NCBI RefSeq assembly: GCF_002113885.1 | Contig: NW_018408919.1 | Coordinates: 1,640,987 to 1,704,986 of the forward strand | Reading direction: 5' to 3' | DNA: 64,000 nt | Origin: Mizuhopecten yessoensis | Taxonomy: Eukaryota | Shown here: one piece after another, positions 63,101-64,000 of the stretch | Layout: each line of letters begins with the position of its first letter | Position numbering within the stretch: position 1 is the stretch's first letter | Notes under the pieces: generated by a model | What the model saw: the letters and a program-made list of their open reading frames with translations, nothing else | Told to the model about the DNA's origin: nothing | Databases searched by the model: none | Program-made: the position numbers and the translations under genes

Positions 63101-64000
63101 TCATATTCAACTGTAGTCACTGATCACCATGCACAATTTCATGATTTACATAGTAATTTATTCCTGAAGGTCAGAACTTGAATTGGTTAGTTCTGAATTG
63201 TGAATAACATCACATATATTATAATACGGAGTTCAATTGGTAACACGGCTTATAATTTTATGTAATAAGTAATGAATAGAATTTAGAAATTTAGATTTGG
63301 TTAATGTATTTCTCCTAAATTATTACAAATAAATTAAATAATGGATGATAATTTCTTGCGTGCTGTACATGTTATCAAATTCTCTTTGCAGCAGCATCTG
63401 TTGATGCTGCAAAGACAGAGACTCGACCCTTCTTGTAAATACTGCAGTATTGTGTTACTGTACATGCATGTAAATAGATGAAGGAATTTGCTAGTTCTGA
63501 ATCTGCAGTAAATTTTATCATGTTTAAGTAAACATGTTTGAACATTAATAACTGATAGAAAGAAAGTTTGTAAATCTGCAGAACCCATATTAATTATATT
63601 ATCATTTTCAAACTCACGATATAAGAAAGGAACCTCAGTGTATTGGTACTTGTCACAAGTTGTGACCAGTTAGTGGGACATATACTATGATCAATACATG
63701 TGTACATTAGACAATTGTAGCCATGCAAGTGATATTACTGATAATTAATAAACTAAATCAAAATTCTTCAGATTTTCATTTTCAGTACAAAATAGTTGTA
63801 AGGAATTTCATTTGTATAAAGTATCATGAATTGACAAGCAAACTAATCCTAAAACCCATACTTACAGCACAATAATGTTTTGTGACCTGTTTTGTTTACA
63901 TTATTCCACTTGATCTTTCAACAAATAAAATGTGTTTTGCTTGAAGATGAAGACCTGTATTACATATGCCATGCCACCTTTCGCAGATTGAAAAATCAAT

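Overview
AT-rich, intron-containing animal genomic DNA. The repeat families (Helentron-associated HINE/CvA-like elements, V- and Meta-domain tRNA-SINEs, TTAA and foldback MITEs) suggest a mollusc, probably a bivalve; this is an inference. The main content is a head-to-tail cluster of four intact, spliced paralogues on the minus strand (A 11376-18367, B 23781-28323, C 32028-36316, D 47256-54592), which the ORF track shows only as fragments. I reconstructed all exons by hand: every junction is GT-AG and phase-compatible, giving proteins of 414, 404, 409 and 407 aa. Each has an N-terminal coiled coil, a Death domain, a CARD and a short tail (basic-Ser motif, acidic stretch, amphipathic helix). 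This DD-then-CARD order is the reverse of RAIDD/CRADD. The cluster shows signs of immune-gene-like evolution: a variable N-terminal exon, a near-identical CARD in B/C/D, an apparent exon-limited gene conversion, an intron present in B/C/D but absent in A, orphan 3' remnants, and ETS-IRF/kB-like motifs. The rest is minisatellites (64, 44 and 35-36 bp units), MITEs, SINEs, LINE remnants and local segmental duplications. No prokaryotic features, CRISPR arrays, rRNA or bona fide tRNA genes were seen.
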